Positions 30,975-40,773 of a stretch of DNA of 64,000 nt are shown in pieces. The DNA comes from Oscillospiraceae bacterium. Lineage in GTDB: Bacteria; Bacillota; Clostridia; Oscillospirales; Acutalibacteraceae. The translations under genes and the position numbers were made by a program. Below the pieces are notes generated by a model that was given only the letters and a program-made list of their open reading frames with translations, was not told the DNA's origin and searched no databases. The stretch spans positions 5,073 to 69,072 of the forward strand of contig JALCPO010000002.1 in the NCBI GenBank assembly GCA_022650455.1. The letters are read 5' to 3'. Position 1 is the stretch's first letter. Every line of letters starts with the position of its first letter.

Positions 30975-31804
30975 GGTTTCGCCGCCTTTCGGTAAATCAG
31001 AAAATCAAACCCGGTCTCGGTGTCAAGGCTTTTCGCTTTCCACAGCCGTTCGCAGCCCTCTTTCGGGGTTTTCCAGCAATAGGGCGTCATGGCAAACAGG
31101 CTCCGCATGATTTCCGGGTCTTCCGTGTGGATGCTTCCCCGCACGGGAACGCGCCGGAGAAAGGCGAAGCCGGGGTATTCCGTGTCCCGGCGCTCGTTTT
31201 CGTACGGCCGGTCGTACAGGACCCTTTTCAGGCCGTACAGATGCCGCTCGCCCGGCACGGCGAGGATCATCACCCCGCCCGGCTTCGCAACGCGGCAAAG
31301 CTCTTCCGGAACGATGGGGGCGAACACGTTCGTCACCAGGTCCGCCGCCCCGTCCAGGACGGGAATCCCGAACATGCTGCCGACCGCGAAGGAAATGTCC
31401 CGGTATCTTTTTGCCGCCGCCTTCACCGCGAACTTCGAGATGTCGAACCCGTAAACTGCGGCGCGGACGGAATGTTCCGCGAGGGACCGCGCCAGCCGGC
31501 CGGTGTAATATCCCTCGCCGCAGCCCGCGTCGAGGATCACGGGGTGTTCCGCGGGAAGAAACTCGCGGGCCAGCCGGTTCAGAGCGTCGCTGAAAATCCG
31601 GTAGCCGCCGGATTCGAGGAACCGGCGGCGGGAAGCGACCATCCGCCGGTCGTCGCCCGGCATTTTGGAGTGCTTTTTGTTGGGCGGGAGCAGGTAGACA
31701 TATCCCTCGGATGCGATGTCGTAGGTATGGCCGCCGGAGCAGACGAATTCCTTTCCGCGCTTTTCCAGGCGGCCGCCGCAGACGGGGCAGGCGAAGATGC
31801 TCAT
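30971..31804 (-). CDS. rlmA: 23S rRNA m1G745/748 methyltransferase RlmA-like
   Basis: N-terminal Zn finger CPVC...C..GHTYD, RRRFLESGGY, ILDAGCGEGYY SAM motif. Confidence 0.88.
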   Translation of the reverse strand: MSIFACPVCGGRLEKRGKEFVCSGGHTYDIASEGYVYLLPPNKKHSKMPGDDRRMVASRRRFLESGGYRIFSDALNRLAREFLPAEHPVILDAGCGEGYYTGRLARSLAEHSVRAAVYGFDISKFAVKAAAKRYRDISFAVGSMFGIPVLDGAADLVTNVFAPIVPEELCRVAKPGGVMILAVPGERHLYGLKRVLYDRPYENERRDTEYPGFAFLRRVPVRGSIHTEDPEIMRSLFAMTPYCWKTPKEGCERLWKAKSLDTETGFDFLIYRKAAKP

Positions 31805-34371
31805 GCCTTCGCCTCGTACCAGGTTTTCCCGATTTTCGCCTCGGCGGTCATCGGCACGGAGAGGGACACGGCGCCCTGCATTTCCTCGGTCAGCAGGGAA
31901 GCGGCTTTCTCCGCTTCGCCTTCCGGAGACTCCACGATGAGCTCGTCGTGCACCTGCAGGATCAGGCGGGACTGCATCTTTTCCCGCTTCAGGCGCTTTT
32001 CCACGCGGATCATGGCGATTTTGATGATGTCCGCGGCGGTTCCCTGAATCGGCATGTTGCGCGCGACGCGCTCCCCGAACGCCCGCAGGTTGTGGTTGGA
32101 GCTGACAAGCTCAGGCAGGTAGCGGCGGCGGCCGAACATCGTCTCCACATAGCCCTTCCGCTTCGCGTCCTCCACCACGCGCTTCATGTATTCGTCCACG
32201 CCGGAGAAGTGAGCGAGGTAGTCGGCGATATACTGCTTCGCTTCCCGCATGGAAACGTGGATGTTCCGCGAGAGGGAAAACGCCCCGATGCCGTACACAA
32301 TGCCGAAGTTGACGGCCTTCGCGCGGCTGCGCATCAGCGGGGTGACCATCTGCTCCGGCATATGGAAAACCTGCGCCGCCGTCCGGCGGTGGATGTCGTC
32401 GTGGCCGAGGAACGCCTGGATCATGTTCTTGTCGTCGGCCACGTGGGCGAGGACGCGCAGCTCAATCTGCGAGTAGTCGGCGTCCACCAGGACCCAGCCG
32501 GGGCGGGCGATGAAAAACCGGCGCATCTCGCGGCCGAGGTCCGTGCGCACCGGGATGTTCTGCAGGTTCGGCTCCGTGGAGCTGATGCGCCCGGTGCGCG
32601 TTTCCGTCTGGTTGAAGCTGGAGTGAATCCTCCCGTCCGGCGCGATGACCTTGAGGAGCCCGTCGCAGTAAGTGGACTTCAGCTTCGCCAGTGTGCGGTA
32701 GGCGAGGACGAGCTCGACGGCCGGGCTTTCGTACTGGAGCTTTTCGAGCGTGGCGGCGCTGGTGGACCACCCCGTTTTCGTCTTTTTCCCGTGCGGAAGG
32801 CCCAGCTTTTCAAACAGGGCCTCGCCGAGCTGCTTCGGCGAGTTGATGTTGAACTCATAGCCGACCGCGTCGTAAACCTGCCGCTGGATCTCGGCGATCT
32901 TCCCGTCCAGCGCCTTGCCGAACGCCCGGATTCCGTCGGCGTCCACGGCGAAGCCGACGTTTTCCATGCGCGCCAGCACCTGCGCGAGCGGGATCTCGAT
33001 GCGGTTCAGAAGGTCGGTCTGGCTGTTTTCGGCAATCTTCTTTTCCAACGCATCCGCAAGGGCGGGCATCACCGCGGCGGCCGACGCTTCCTCGGGCAGC
33101 CCGCCCGGGACGGGGACGCCGTATTCCCGCGCGAGACGGAGCGGCTCGTAGCCCGAGGCGGACGGGTTCAGCAGGTACCCGGCCAGCATGGTGTCGAACA
33201 CCGGGCCGGAAAGCTCCCCGCCCCGCGCGTCCAGCGCCGCGTACAGCGGCTTGACGTCGTGCGTGTTTTTGCGGATGGTTTTGTCCGCGAGGACCGCGCG
33301 GATGATGTCCGCGTCCCCCACGGTATGGATTTTCCCGGCGGAATTTACGGTCAGGGAGACGATCCCGCCCTGTTCCAGCTTTGCGGTAAAATCCGCCCGG
33401 CCCGCCTGCTTCAGGGCCGGGAGCAGCCCGGCCCCGTCGGCTCCTTCGGCGAGCGATACGGCGGCCGCCTCCGTCGCGGCGGTCGCCGGCGGTTCTTCGG
33501 GGGCGTCCAAGCCGAGCTTTTCCATCAGCTTGAAGAATTCCAGCTTCGCCATCAGCCGGGCCGCGGCGGAAGCGTCGCGCTTTTGGGGAAGATAGGATTT
33601 TAAATCGGTGTCGATGGGCGCGTCGGTGCGGATGGTTCCGAGCTCGCGGCTCAGGAAGGCGCTTTCCTTTCCGTCGGCCAGCTTTTTGCGCAGGCCGTCC
33701 CGAATCTCCAGCGAATCAAGGCGCTCATAGATCGCGTCAATGTTGTGGTAGGCCTGGATGAGCTGCCCGGCCCCTTTGGGGCCGATCCCCGCCACGCCGG
33801 GGATGCAGTCGGACGAGTCGCCCTGAAGCGCCTTGATCTCGATCATTTCCTTCGGGGCGACGCCGTAATCTTCCCGGATTTTCGCCTCGTCGTAGACCGT
33901 GACCTGCGGCTGCCCCATTTTGGTGGAGGCAAGGCGCACGGTCACGTGCGGGCCGACAAGCTGCAGGCTGTCGCGGTCGCCGGTGGCGAGCACGCACTCG
34001 CAGCCGCCGTCCTCGCAGGTTTTCGCCAGCGTGCCGAGAATATCGTCGGCCTCGTAGCCCTCGCACTCCACCAGGCGGTAGCCGAGCAGCGTGAGCAGCT
34101 CCTTGAGCGTCGGCATCTGCTGGGCAAGCTCCGGCGGCATGCCCTTGCGGTTCGCCTTGTAGCCAGCGTATGCCTTGTGCCGGAAGGTGGGGGCTTTCAT
34201 GTCGAAGGCGACGGCGACCGCGTCCGGGCTTGTCTCGGTCAGAAGGCGGTGGAAGATCGTCAGAAAGCCGTAAATGCCGTTGGTGTAGAGGCCCGTCTTC
34301 GTGGTCAGCAGGCGGATCCCGTAAAACGCCCGGTTCAGGATGCTGTTGCCGTCCAATACCAATAATTTCAT
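31801..34371 (-). CDS. polA: DNA polymerase I
   Basis: LDGNSILNRAFY, FRHKAYAGYKANR, YEADD, GDSSDCIPGV, PNLQNIP, ADYSQIELR, AKAVNFGIVYG, LQVHDEL. Confidence 0.98.
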   Translation of the reverse strand: MKLLVLDGNSILNRAFYGIRLLTTKTGLYTNGIYGFLTIFHRLLTETSPDAVAVAFDMKAPTFRHKAYAGYKANRKGMPPELAQQMPTLKELLTLLGYRLVECEGYEADDILGTLAKTCEDGGCECVLATGDRDSLQLVGPHVTVRLASTKMGQPQVTVYDEAKIREDYGVAPKEMIEIKALQGDSSDCIPGVAGIGPKGAGQLIQAYHNIDAIYERLDSLEIRDGLRKKLADGKESAFLSRELGTIRTDAPIDTDLKSYLPQKRDASAAARLMAKLEFFKLMEKLGLDAPEEPPATAATEAAAVSLAEGADGAGLLPALKQAGRADFTAKLEQGGIVSLTVNSAGKIHTVGDADIIRAVLADKTIRKNTHDVKPLYAALDARGGELSGPVFDTMLAGYLLNPSASGYEPLRLAREYGVPVPGGLPEEASAAAVMPALADALEKKIAENSQTDLLNRIEIPLAQVLARMENVGFAVDADGIRAFGKALDGKIAEIQRQVYDAVGYEFNINSPKQLGEALFEKLGLPHGKKTKTGWSTSAATLEKLQYESPAVELVLAYRTLAKLKSTYCDGLLKVIAPDGRIHSSFNQTETRTGRISSTEPNLQNIPVRTDLGREMRRFFIARPGWVLVDADYSQIELRVLAHVADDKNMIQAFLGHDDIHRRTAAQVFHMPEQMVTPLMRSRAKAVNFGIVYGIGAFSLSRNIHVSMREAKQYIADYLAHFSGVDEYMKRVVEDAKRKGYVETMFGRRRYLPELVSSNHNLRAFGERVARNMPIQGTAADIIKIAMIRVEKRLKREKMQSRLILQVHDELIVESPEGEAEKAASLLTEEMQGAVSLSVPMTAEAKIGKTWYEAKA

Positions 34372-34538
34372 CGTGTTCCCCCGCTTGCAAGTTATGGAAG
34401 TATTATAGCACTTCCGGCGGAAAAAAATAAGTGCTATAATAGTAAGGATCCGCGCCGTCCGGCCGGGAATCGTTCCCGTTTCTTTTGTATTATACCGGTT
34501 CCGCTTTTATTATGGTAGAAAAATCAAGGATGTTAACA

Positions 34539-35546
34539 ATGAATTTACAAATCGGAAGCCTTACTCTGAACGGCAGGGCCGTCCTCGCGCCGATGGCGGG
34601 TGCGGGCGACCGGGCGTTCCGGGAAATCTGCGCGCGCCTGGGGGCCGCGTACACCGTCAGCGAGATGGTCAGCGCGAAGGCGCTGGAGTTCGGCGACAGA
34701 AAGACGCGGGAACTGATGGAGCTCGGGGACGCGGCCCGCCCCGCCGCCATTCAGATTTTCGGCTCCGAGCCGGACGTCATGGCGCGGGCGGCCGAAAAGG
34801 CGATGGCTTTTTCGCCCGACGCGGTCGACATCAACATGGGCTGCCCCGCCCCGAAGATCACCGGCCCCGGCGCGGGCAGTGCCCTGATGAGGAACCCGCA
34901 GCTCTGCGGCGAACTTGTGGCCGCCGTCGCGGCGGCGGTTCCCGTCCCGGTCACGGTGAAAATCCGCGCGGGGTGGGACGAAAAATCGGTCAACGCGGCG
35001 GAGGTCGCCGCCGCCTGCGAGAGCGCGGGGGCGGCGGCCGTGGCGGTCCACGCGCGTACCCGTTCGCAGATGTACGCGCCGCCCGCCGACTGGGATATCA
35101 TCCGCAAAGTGAAACAGGCCGTCAGAATCCCGGTGATCGGCAACGGCGACGTGACGGGCGCGCAGTCCGCCGCGCAGATGCTGGAGCAGACCGGCTGCGA
35201 CGCCGTGATGGTCGGCCGCGCGGCGCTCGGCAACCCGTGGATTTTCCGGCAGATCAACAGTTACCTGACCGAGTCCTGCCGCATCGTCCCGCCGCCCGGC
35301 GTGTATGAGCGCATGCTCGTGATGGTGCGCCACATCGACCTCATGTGCCGCTACAAGGGGGAGCGCCGCGCGATGAACGAGGCGCGCAAGCACGTCGCGT
35401 GGTACCTGAAAGGCCTGCGCGGGGCCGCCGGGTTCCGCCGCCGCGCGGGACAGCTCGAAAGCCGCGCCCAGCTCGATGCGCTGGTGCGGGACGTGCTGGC
35501 CGCGCAGGAGCCGCCCGAGGGGCCGGAAGCGGAGAATTCCCTTTGA
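34539..35546 (+). CDS. dusB: tRNA-dihydrouridine synthase DusB
   Basis: LAPMAG, DINMGCP, VTVKIRAG, HART, IGNGDV, VMVGRAALGNPWIF. Confidence 0.93.
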   Translation: MNLQIGSLTLNGRAVLAPMAGAGDRAFREICARLGAAYTVSEMVSAKALEFGDRKTRELMELGDAARPAAIQIFGSEPDVMARAAEKAMAFSPDAVDINMGCPAPKITGPGAGSALMRNPQLCGELVAAVAAAVPVPVTVKIRAGWDEKSVNAAEVAAACESAGAAAVAVHARTRSQMYAPPADWDIIRKVKQAVRIPVIGNGDVTGAQSAAQMLEQTGCDAVMVGRAALGNPWIFRQINSYLTESCRIVPPPGVYERMLVMVRHIDLMCRYKGERRAMNEARKHVAWYLKGLRGAAGFRRRAGQLESRAQLDALVRDVLAAQEPPEGPEAENSL

Positions 35547-35783
35547 ACCCGCATCCGCCCCGGCGGGGGAAGCCCGTGTTTTCATACTTTGTTCATATTT
35601 ATGGAATTGAAATTTTCTGCGTTTTATGATACATTAATTTGTCACCAGTTGGAGCGCGGCTTCCCGGGGCGTGGATTTCCGGCCCGCTTTTTCCGGGCGG
35701 AGCAGCGGTCCTTTTCCGTTGCATGAACGGCGGATTTTGTGGTATGATAAAAATACTTTTCGTGGCTGAAAGGAAATGGAACG

Positions 35784-36821
35784 ATGAGCAAAATGGGCAA
35801 AAAAGCCAAAAAATACATAGTGCTTACCCTTATAGCGGCCTTCTGCGTCTCGGCCTTCAGTATTGCGGCTTTTGCCAAGGATGGCGTTTCCAGCGACGCA
35901 TCCGGCAGTTCATCCAATTCCAGTTCGTCCAGCGCACCAAGCGAACCGCCTTCTAAAGCTCCCGCCGTAACCCATGAACCGAAAAATTCGGACGTCACGG
36001 TCGTCTTTAACCTGAACGGCGGCAGGGGGATGCAAAGCAGCGGCAAATTTAAAAAAGGGACGACCGTTTCGGAATTCAAGACGCCGTCCAAAAAGGGCTA
36101 TAAATTCATGGGGTGGACGATGAACGGCACGGAGGTCGACGGCTCGATGCCGATCGACCACGACACGACCCTCACGGCGAAATGGTCGCCGGTTGCGGAA
36201 GCGCCGACAAAATCCGCCGCTTCCGTCAATACGAATGAAAGCGCCGTCAACCAGGCGGCCAACGAGGCGGGCGACGCCGTCAGCGACCCGGACGCCCTCG
36301 CTTCGCAGGACTGGGGCTCCCTTTTGTCTTCGGAAGAGTCCGAGGCCAGCTCGGCGTCTTCTCAGGCTTCTTCCGCGGCCCCGGCGGCCGGAGGCTTCTC
36401 TTCCCTTTTCGCGATCGGCATCGCTTTGATCGTCCTCGGCCTCGCCGGGGTCGGTGTCTTTGTCTACCTCCAGTTTATCCATAAGGGCAAGGGCGGGGGA
36501 AAGGGCGGCCCCGGCGGTCCCCGAAAGAACGCGAAGGACGACACCATGACCTTTACCGATGTCAGCTCTTACAGCGACGGCAGAAGGCACGACGACGCTT
36601 TAGGCGGCCTCGGGGACGCGCGCCGGACGCCGGGGCACGGTTCGTCCGACGACGCCACAAAGCCGCTTCCGCCCCGCCCGAAGCCGGGACCAAAGCCTTC
36701 TGCCGGCGGCGCCACGAAACCGCCGGAACAAAACCGTTACTCCGAAAAAGCCCAGGCAAAACCGGTGGATGGCGCGAAAAGCGATTTTGACTGGGAAAAG
36801 TTTTTCAACGAAGAAAAATAA
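35784..36821 (+). CDS. Secreted/single-pass membrane protein with one InlB B-repeat (Flg_new-like) domain
   Basis: Signal peptide; VVFNLNGG...PSKKGYKFMGW...TLTAKW repeat signature; Ser/Ala linkers; TM near residue 210; cytoplasmic tail. Confidence 0.7.
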   Translation: MSKMGKKAKKYIVLTLIAAFCVSAFSIAAFAKDGVSSDASGSSSNSSSSSAPSEPPSKAPAVTHEPKNSDVTVVFNLNGGRGMQSSGKFKKGTTVSEFKTPSKKGYKFMGWTMNGTEVDGSMPIDHDTTLTAKWSPVAEAPTKSAASVNTNESAVNQAANEAGDAVSDPDALASQDWGSLLSSEESEASSASSQASSAAPAAGGFSSLFAIGIALIVLGLAGVGVFVYLQFIHKGKGGGKGGPGGPRKNAKDDTMTFTDVSSYSDGRRHDDALGGLGDARRTPGHGSSDDATKPLPPRPKPGPKPSAGGATKPPEQNRYSEKAQAKPVDGAKSDFDWEKFFNEEK

Positions 36822-36881
36822 AAACAGGCGGCCGGAACGGATTTCCCGTCCCGGCCGCTTTGCTGCCCGGCAAGAGCCGTT

Positions 36882-37148
36882 TTATTTCGGGCTTTTGCCT
36901 TTTTCGCCGAAAAGGTTGAAGCGGAAGAGCTTCGACTCGTCTTCCGGATTTTCGCAGATAATGAACGCTTCGGCAATTTTGCCGCCCTCGATCAGCTTGG
37001 TCAGGCCGACCAGCTGGGAAAGCTTGCTTTTCAGGTTGATGTGGTCGCCCTCGCGCGTGACAAGAAACACATTTCCCTTGCACTCGTCGAGAACCTTCAA
37101 AAATCCCGGTACGTCAATTTCATGCAGTTCAATGGGAGATGACGGCAT
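36882..37148 (-). CDS. Small HPr-like-fold protein (family often mislabelled polyA polymerase)
   Basis: FLKVLDECKGNVFLVTREGDHINLKSKLSQ pattern; GGAGG RBS; TGCTATAAT upstream. Confidence 0.65.
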   Translation of the reverse strand: MPSSPIELHEIDVPGFLKVLDECKGNVFLVTREGDHINLKSKLSQLVGLTKLIEGGKIAEAFIICENPEDESKLFRFNLFGEKGKSPK

Positions 37149-37313
37149 TTTAACTCCTCCTTCGGTTTGTTCCGTGATGCGTTATAATTAAGCAGCGGAA
37201 TATTCTGCCGGCTTTATTATAGCATAACGGGCCCCGTTGTCAATCGATGCCGGCATGGCGGAACTGACAAATTTTCCCGGACTTTTTCGGGGATCGTTTG
37301 CACCCCGGATCCC

Positions 37314-38018
37314 TCAGGCCCGCAGGCACGCCTCGCGGCGGAGAACGCCGTTTTCCAGGCATCCGTCGCTCAGGCGGACGATGCGGTCGGCTTCCCGGGC
37401 GATCCCGTCGTCGTGCGTGATGAGCACGACCGTTCTGCCGGCGTCCCCGAGGCTGTGCAGGATCCGCATGATTTCCGCGCCCGACTTGGAGTCGAGGTTC
37501 CCGGTCGGCTCGTCCGCCAGGATGATCGGGGGCTTTGCTGCGATGGCGCGCGCGATGGCGACGCGCTGCTGCTGGCCGCCGCTCATCTGGGCGGGGCGGT
37601 GGGTCATCCGGCCCGCAAGCCCCACCTTGCGGAGCGCTTCTTCCGCGAGGCGGCGGCGCTCGGCGCGGTCCACGCCGCGGTACAGCAGAGGGAGCTCCAC
37701 GTTTTCCAGGGCGTTCTGGCTGCCGATGAGGTTGAAGCTCTGGAAAATAAACCCGATTTCCCGGTTGCGGATGCGGGTCAGCCTCTTTTCGCTCAGGCCG
37801 GACACATCCTCGCCCCCGAGCAGGTACCGGCCGGAGGTCGGCGTGTCAAGGCAGCCGATGATGTTCATCAGCGTGGATTTTCCGGAGCCGGAAGGGCCGA
37901 CGATCGCCAGAAATTCCCCTTCCGCCACGTCCAGCGAAATATCCCGCAGCGCATAGACTTCGCCGCCGCCCATGCGGTAGACCTTGGAAAGCCCGCGCAT
38001 CTCAATTAAATTTGCCAT
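37314..38018 (-). CDS. ABC transporter ATP-binding protein (LolD/MacB-like), no permease adjacent
   Basis: [43 protein letters not shown]. Confidence 0.92.
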   Translation of the reverse strand: MANLIEMRGLSKVYRMGGGEVYALRDISLDVAEGEFLAIVGPSGSGKSTLMNIIGCLDTPTSGRYLLGGEDVSGLSEKRLTRIRNREIGFIFQSFNLIGSQNALENVELPLLYRGVDRAERRRLAEEALRKVGLAGRMTHRPAQMSGGQQQRVAIARAIAAKPPIILADEPTGNLDSKSGAEIMRILHSLGDAGRTVVLITHDDGIAREADRIVRLSDGCLENGVLRREACLRA

Positions 38019-38134
38019 AAATTCACCTTTGTTTTCCATTTGATTTTCATTCCGCCGGCGTTCCGGTATATACTATAAGAAAAAGGCCGGGCGGAGCGGC
38101 CCGGGAATCCGAAAAATGGAAGGGGTTAAGTACA

Positions 38135-39658
38135 TTGCTGACAAAAGAGTGGCAACAGTTCAAAAGCGGCACGGATATCCGCGGGGTGGCGAGCGAAGGC
38201 GTTCCCGGTGAAACAGTGAACCTGACGGACGCGGCCATCGCCAAAATGACGGACGGTTTTGCCCTGTGGCTTTCCGCGCATGAGAAAAAGGCCGTTCCCG
38301 CGCTGACCGTGGCGGTGGGGCACGACCCCCGCATCTCCGCCGGGCGGATCCGCTCGGATGTTGTGGCCGCGCTGACCGCGGCCGGCGTCCATGTGCTGGA
38401 CTGCGGGCTTTCCTCGACTCCCGCCATGTTCATGGTGACGCAGGACCTCGCCTGCGACGGCTCGGTGCAGATCACCGCGAGCCACCATCCGTTCCAGCGC
38501 AACGGGCTGAAATTCTTCACCCGCGCGGGCGGCCTCGACGGGCCGGACATCGTGGCGATCCTGCAGCACGCGCAGGACGGGGACAAGCCGGCCGCCGCAG
38601 CCGGGAGCGTCGAAAAACTCAACTACATGAAGCAGTACTGCGAACGCCTGCGCGGCGTCGTCCGGAAAGGCGTAAACGCGAGGGACTACGAGCATCCGCT
38701 CGCGGGGTTCCACATTGTGGTGGACGCGGGCAACGGCGCCGGCGGCTTTTACGCCCGGGACGTTCTGGCCCCGCTGGGAGCCGACGTTTCCGGCAGCCAG
38801 TTCCTGGAGCCCGACGGCCGTTTCCCGAACCACATCCCCAACCCGGAAAACGAAACGGCGATGAAATCCGTCTGTGGGGCGGTCGTCAAGGCCGGGGCGG
38901 ACCTCGGCGTCATTTTCGACACCGACGTGGACCGCGGCGGCGCCGTGGACGCGAAGGGCGACGAGATCAACCGCAACCGCCTCGTGGCGATCGCTTCCGC
39001 CATCGCGCTGGAAAACTGCCCCGGCGGCACGGTCGTGACGGACTCCATCACCTCGTCCGGCCTGAAGGAATACATCGAAAAAACGCTGGGCGGGAAACAC
39101 CGCCGCTTCAAGCGCGGCTACCGCAACGTCATCAACGAGGCGGTGCGCCTGAACAAAGAAGGCGTTTCCTGCCCGCTGGCGATCGAGACGTCCGGCCACG
39201 CCGCCATGAAGGAAAACTATTTTCTGGACGACGGCGCCTATCTCGTAACGAAGATCATCATCAAGTCCGCGCAGCTCCGCGCGCAGGGCAAAACGCTGGA
39301 AGACCTGCTGGCGCCCCTGAAGGAGCCGGCGGAGGCCGTGGAGCTGCGCTTCCCCATCCGGCCGGAGGATTTCCGCAAAGCCGGGGAAGGCATAATCGCC
39401 GGGCTGGCGGACTACGCCGCAAAACAGCCGGGCTGGGCCATCGCGCCGGACAATTTTGAAGGCGTGCGGGTTTCTCTGGACCGGGCGCACGGCGACGGGT
39501 GGTTCCTGCTCCGGCTGAGCGTCCACGACCCCATTATGCCCTTGAATGTGGAGAGCGACAGCAAAGGCGGGGTCCGGACCATCCTGACGGAGCTTTCCGG
39601 GTTCCTGAACGGCTGTGCCGACCGCCTGGACCTCGCTCCCCTCAAAAAAGCTTTTTAA
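38135..39658 (+). CDS. Phosphomannomutase/phosphoglucomutase
   Basis: SGTDIRG, ITASH phosphoserine loop, DAGNG, FDTDVDR metal loop, IETSGH. Confidence 0.93.
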   Translation: MLTKEWQQFKSGTDIRGVASEGVPGETVNLTDAAIAKMTDGFALWLSAHEKKAVPALTVAVGHDPRISAGRIRSDVVAALTAAGVHVLDCGLSSTPAMFMVTQDLACDGSVQITASHHPFQRNGLKFFTRAGGLDGPDIVAILQHAQDGDKPAAAAGSVEKLNYMKQYCERLRGVVRKGVNARDYEHPLAGFHIVVDAGNGAGGFYARDVLAPLGADVSGSQFLEPDGRFPNHIPNPENETAMKSVCGAVVKAGADLGVIFDTDVDRGGAVDAKGDEINRNRLVAIASAIALENCPGGTVVTDSITSSGLKEYIEKTLGGKHRRFKRGYRNVINEAVRLNKEGVSCPLAIETSGHAAMKENYFLDDGAYLVTKIIIKSAQLRAQGKTLEDLLAPLKEPAEAVELRFPIRPEDFRKAGEGIIAGLADYAAKQPGWAIAPDNFEGVRVSLDRAHGDGWFLLRLSVHDPIMPLNVESDSKGGVRTILTELSGFLNGCADRLDLAPLKKAF

Positions 39659-39676
39659 CGGAACAATCTTTTCCGG

Positions 39677-39707
39677 CAGGCCGCCGCGCGGCGGCCTGCC
39701 TTTTTTC
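39677..39707 (+). terminator. Intrinsic terminator
   Basis: CAGGCCGCC-GCGC-GGCGGCCTG followed by CCTTTTTT. Confidence 0.7.
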
Positions 39708-39728
39708 TGCCTTCCGTTCCGGGCCGTA

Positions 39729-40748
39729 TCACGATTTCAGATAAACCAGATGCGCCACGCTGGGGATGCTTTCGCCCTGCTGCGAAGAGGTGGGCGACAT
39801 CAGGGCGCCGGTTCCCAGGAACAGGACCTTGTGGAGCTTTCCCGCGTCCATCTGCTGGAGAATCGTGGAGCACAGGATCGCCGCGCTGCATCCGCAGCCG
39901 GAACCCCCGGCGTGGACGTCCTGCTTTTCGCGGTCGTAGATCATCAGGCCGCAGTCGTTGTGGACGGAGCGGATGTCCTTTCCCTCCCGCTGCATCAGGT
40001 CGTCGAGGAGGCTGCTTCCCACGAGGCCGAGGTCGCCCGTCAGCACCAGGTCGTAGTCCTGCGGGTTCGTCCCGGTGTCGTTAAAGTAGTCGATCAGCGT
40101 GCTGGCCGCCGCCGGGGCCATGGCGGCGCCCATGTTGGCGGCGTCCTTGATGCCGTAGTCCACGATCCTGCCGAACGTGACGGCCTGCAGGCCGATGCTG
40201 GCCGTCGGATACTGGCTGCGCGTCCCGAGGATCACCGAACCCGCCGCCGTCGCCGTCCACTGGGCGGTGGGGGAGCGCTGGCCGCCGTACTCCAGCGGGT
40301 AACGGTACTGCCGTTCCGCGGAGCAGAAATGGGAAGAGGTCACCGCGACCGCGCGCACGGCCGCGCCGGATTCCACGAACAGCGAGGCGACCGCGAGCGT
40401 CTGCGCCATGGTGGAGCAGGCGCCGAACTGCCCCAGGAACGGGATGTCGAGGCTGCGCAGGCCGAACGTGGATGAAATGCACTGGTTCAGAAGGTCGCCC
40501 GCGAAGATGCAGTTGACGTCCGTGTTGTTCAGGTTGGCCTTGTGGAGGGCAATATGGACCGCCTCGTTCTGGAGGCGGCTTTCCGCCTTTTCCCAGCTCG
40601 CTTCCCCCAGCGTCGTGTCGGCATGGCACTGGTCATAAGCCTGACCGTAGGGCCCTTCGCCCTCTTTCTTGCCGACGACCGCGGCGTACCCCAGAACAGC
40701 GGGGTTTGTCTGAAGCTGAATGGTATATTTGCCAACTCGTGAGGGCAT
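39729..40748 (-). CDS. spoVAD: Stage V sporulation protein AD
   Basis: GKKEGEGP, SWEKAES, AGDLLNQC, FGACST, AERQYRYPLEYGGQR, GGSGCGCSA, SIPSVAH. Confidence 0.96.
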   Translation of the reverse strand: MPSRVGKYTIQLQTNPAVLGYAAVVGKKEGEGPYGQAYDQCHADTTLGEASWEKAESRLQNEAVHIALHKANLNNTDVNCIFAGDLLNQCISSTFGLRSLDIPFLGQFGACSTMAQTLAVASLFVESGAAVRAVAVTSSHFCSAERQYRYPLEYGGQRSPTAQWTATAAGSVILGTRSQYPTASIGLQAVTFGRIVDYGIKDAANMGAAMAPAAASTLIDYFNDTGTNPQDYDLVLTGDLGLVGSSLLDDLMQREGKDIRSVHNDCGLMIYDREKQDVHAGGSGCGCSAAILCSTILQQMDAGKLHKVLFLGTGALMSPTSSQQGESIPSVAHLVYLKS

Positions 40749-40773
40749 GGTTTCGTCTTCCTTTCCTTAGCGG

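Noticed and set aside
34402-34440. 12-bp perfect inverted repeat ATTATAGCACTT...AAGTGCTATAAT between divergent polA and dusB, resembling CIRCE arms
   Set aside because: Spacer is 15 nt rather than the 9 nt HrcA needs; the arms are explained as mirror-image TGCTATAAT extended -10 boxes of the two divergent promoters
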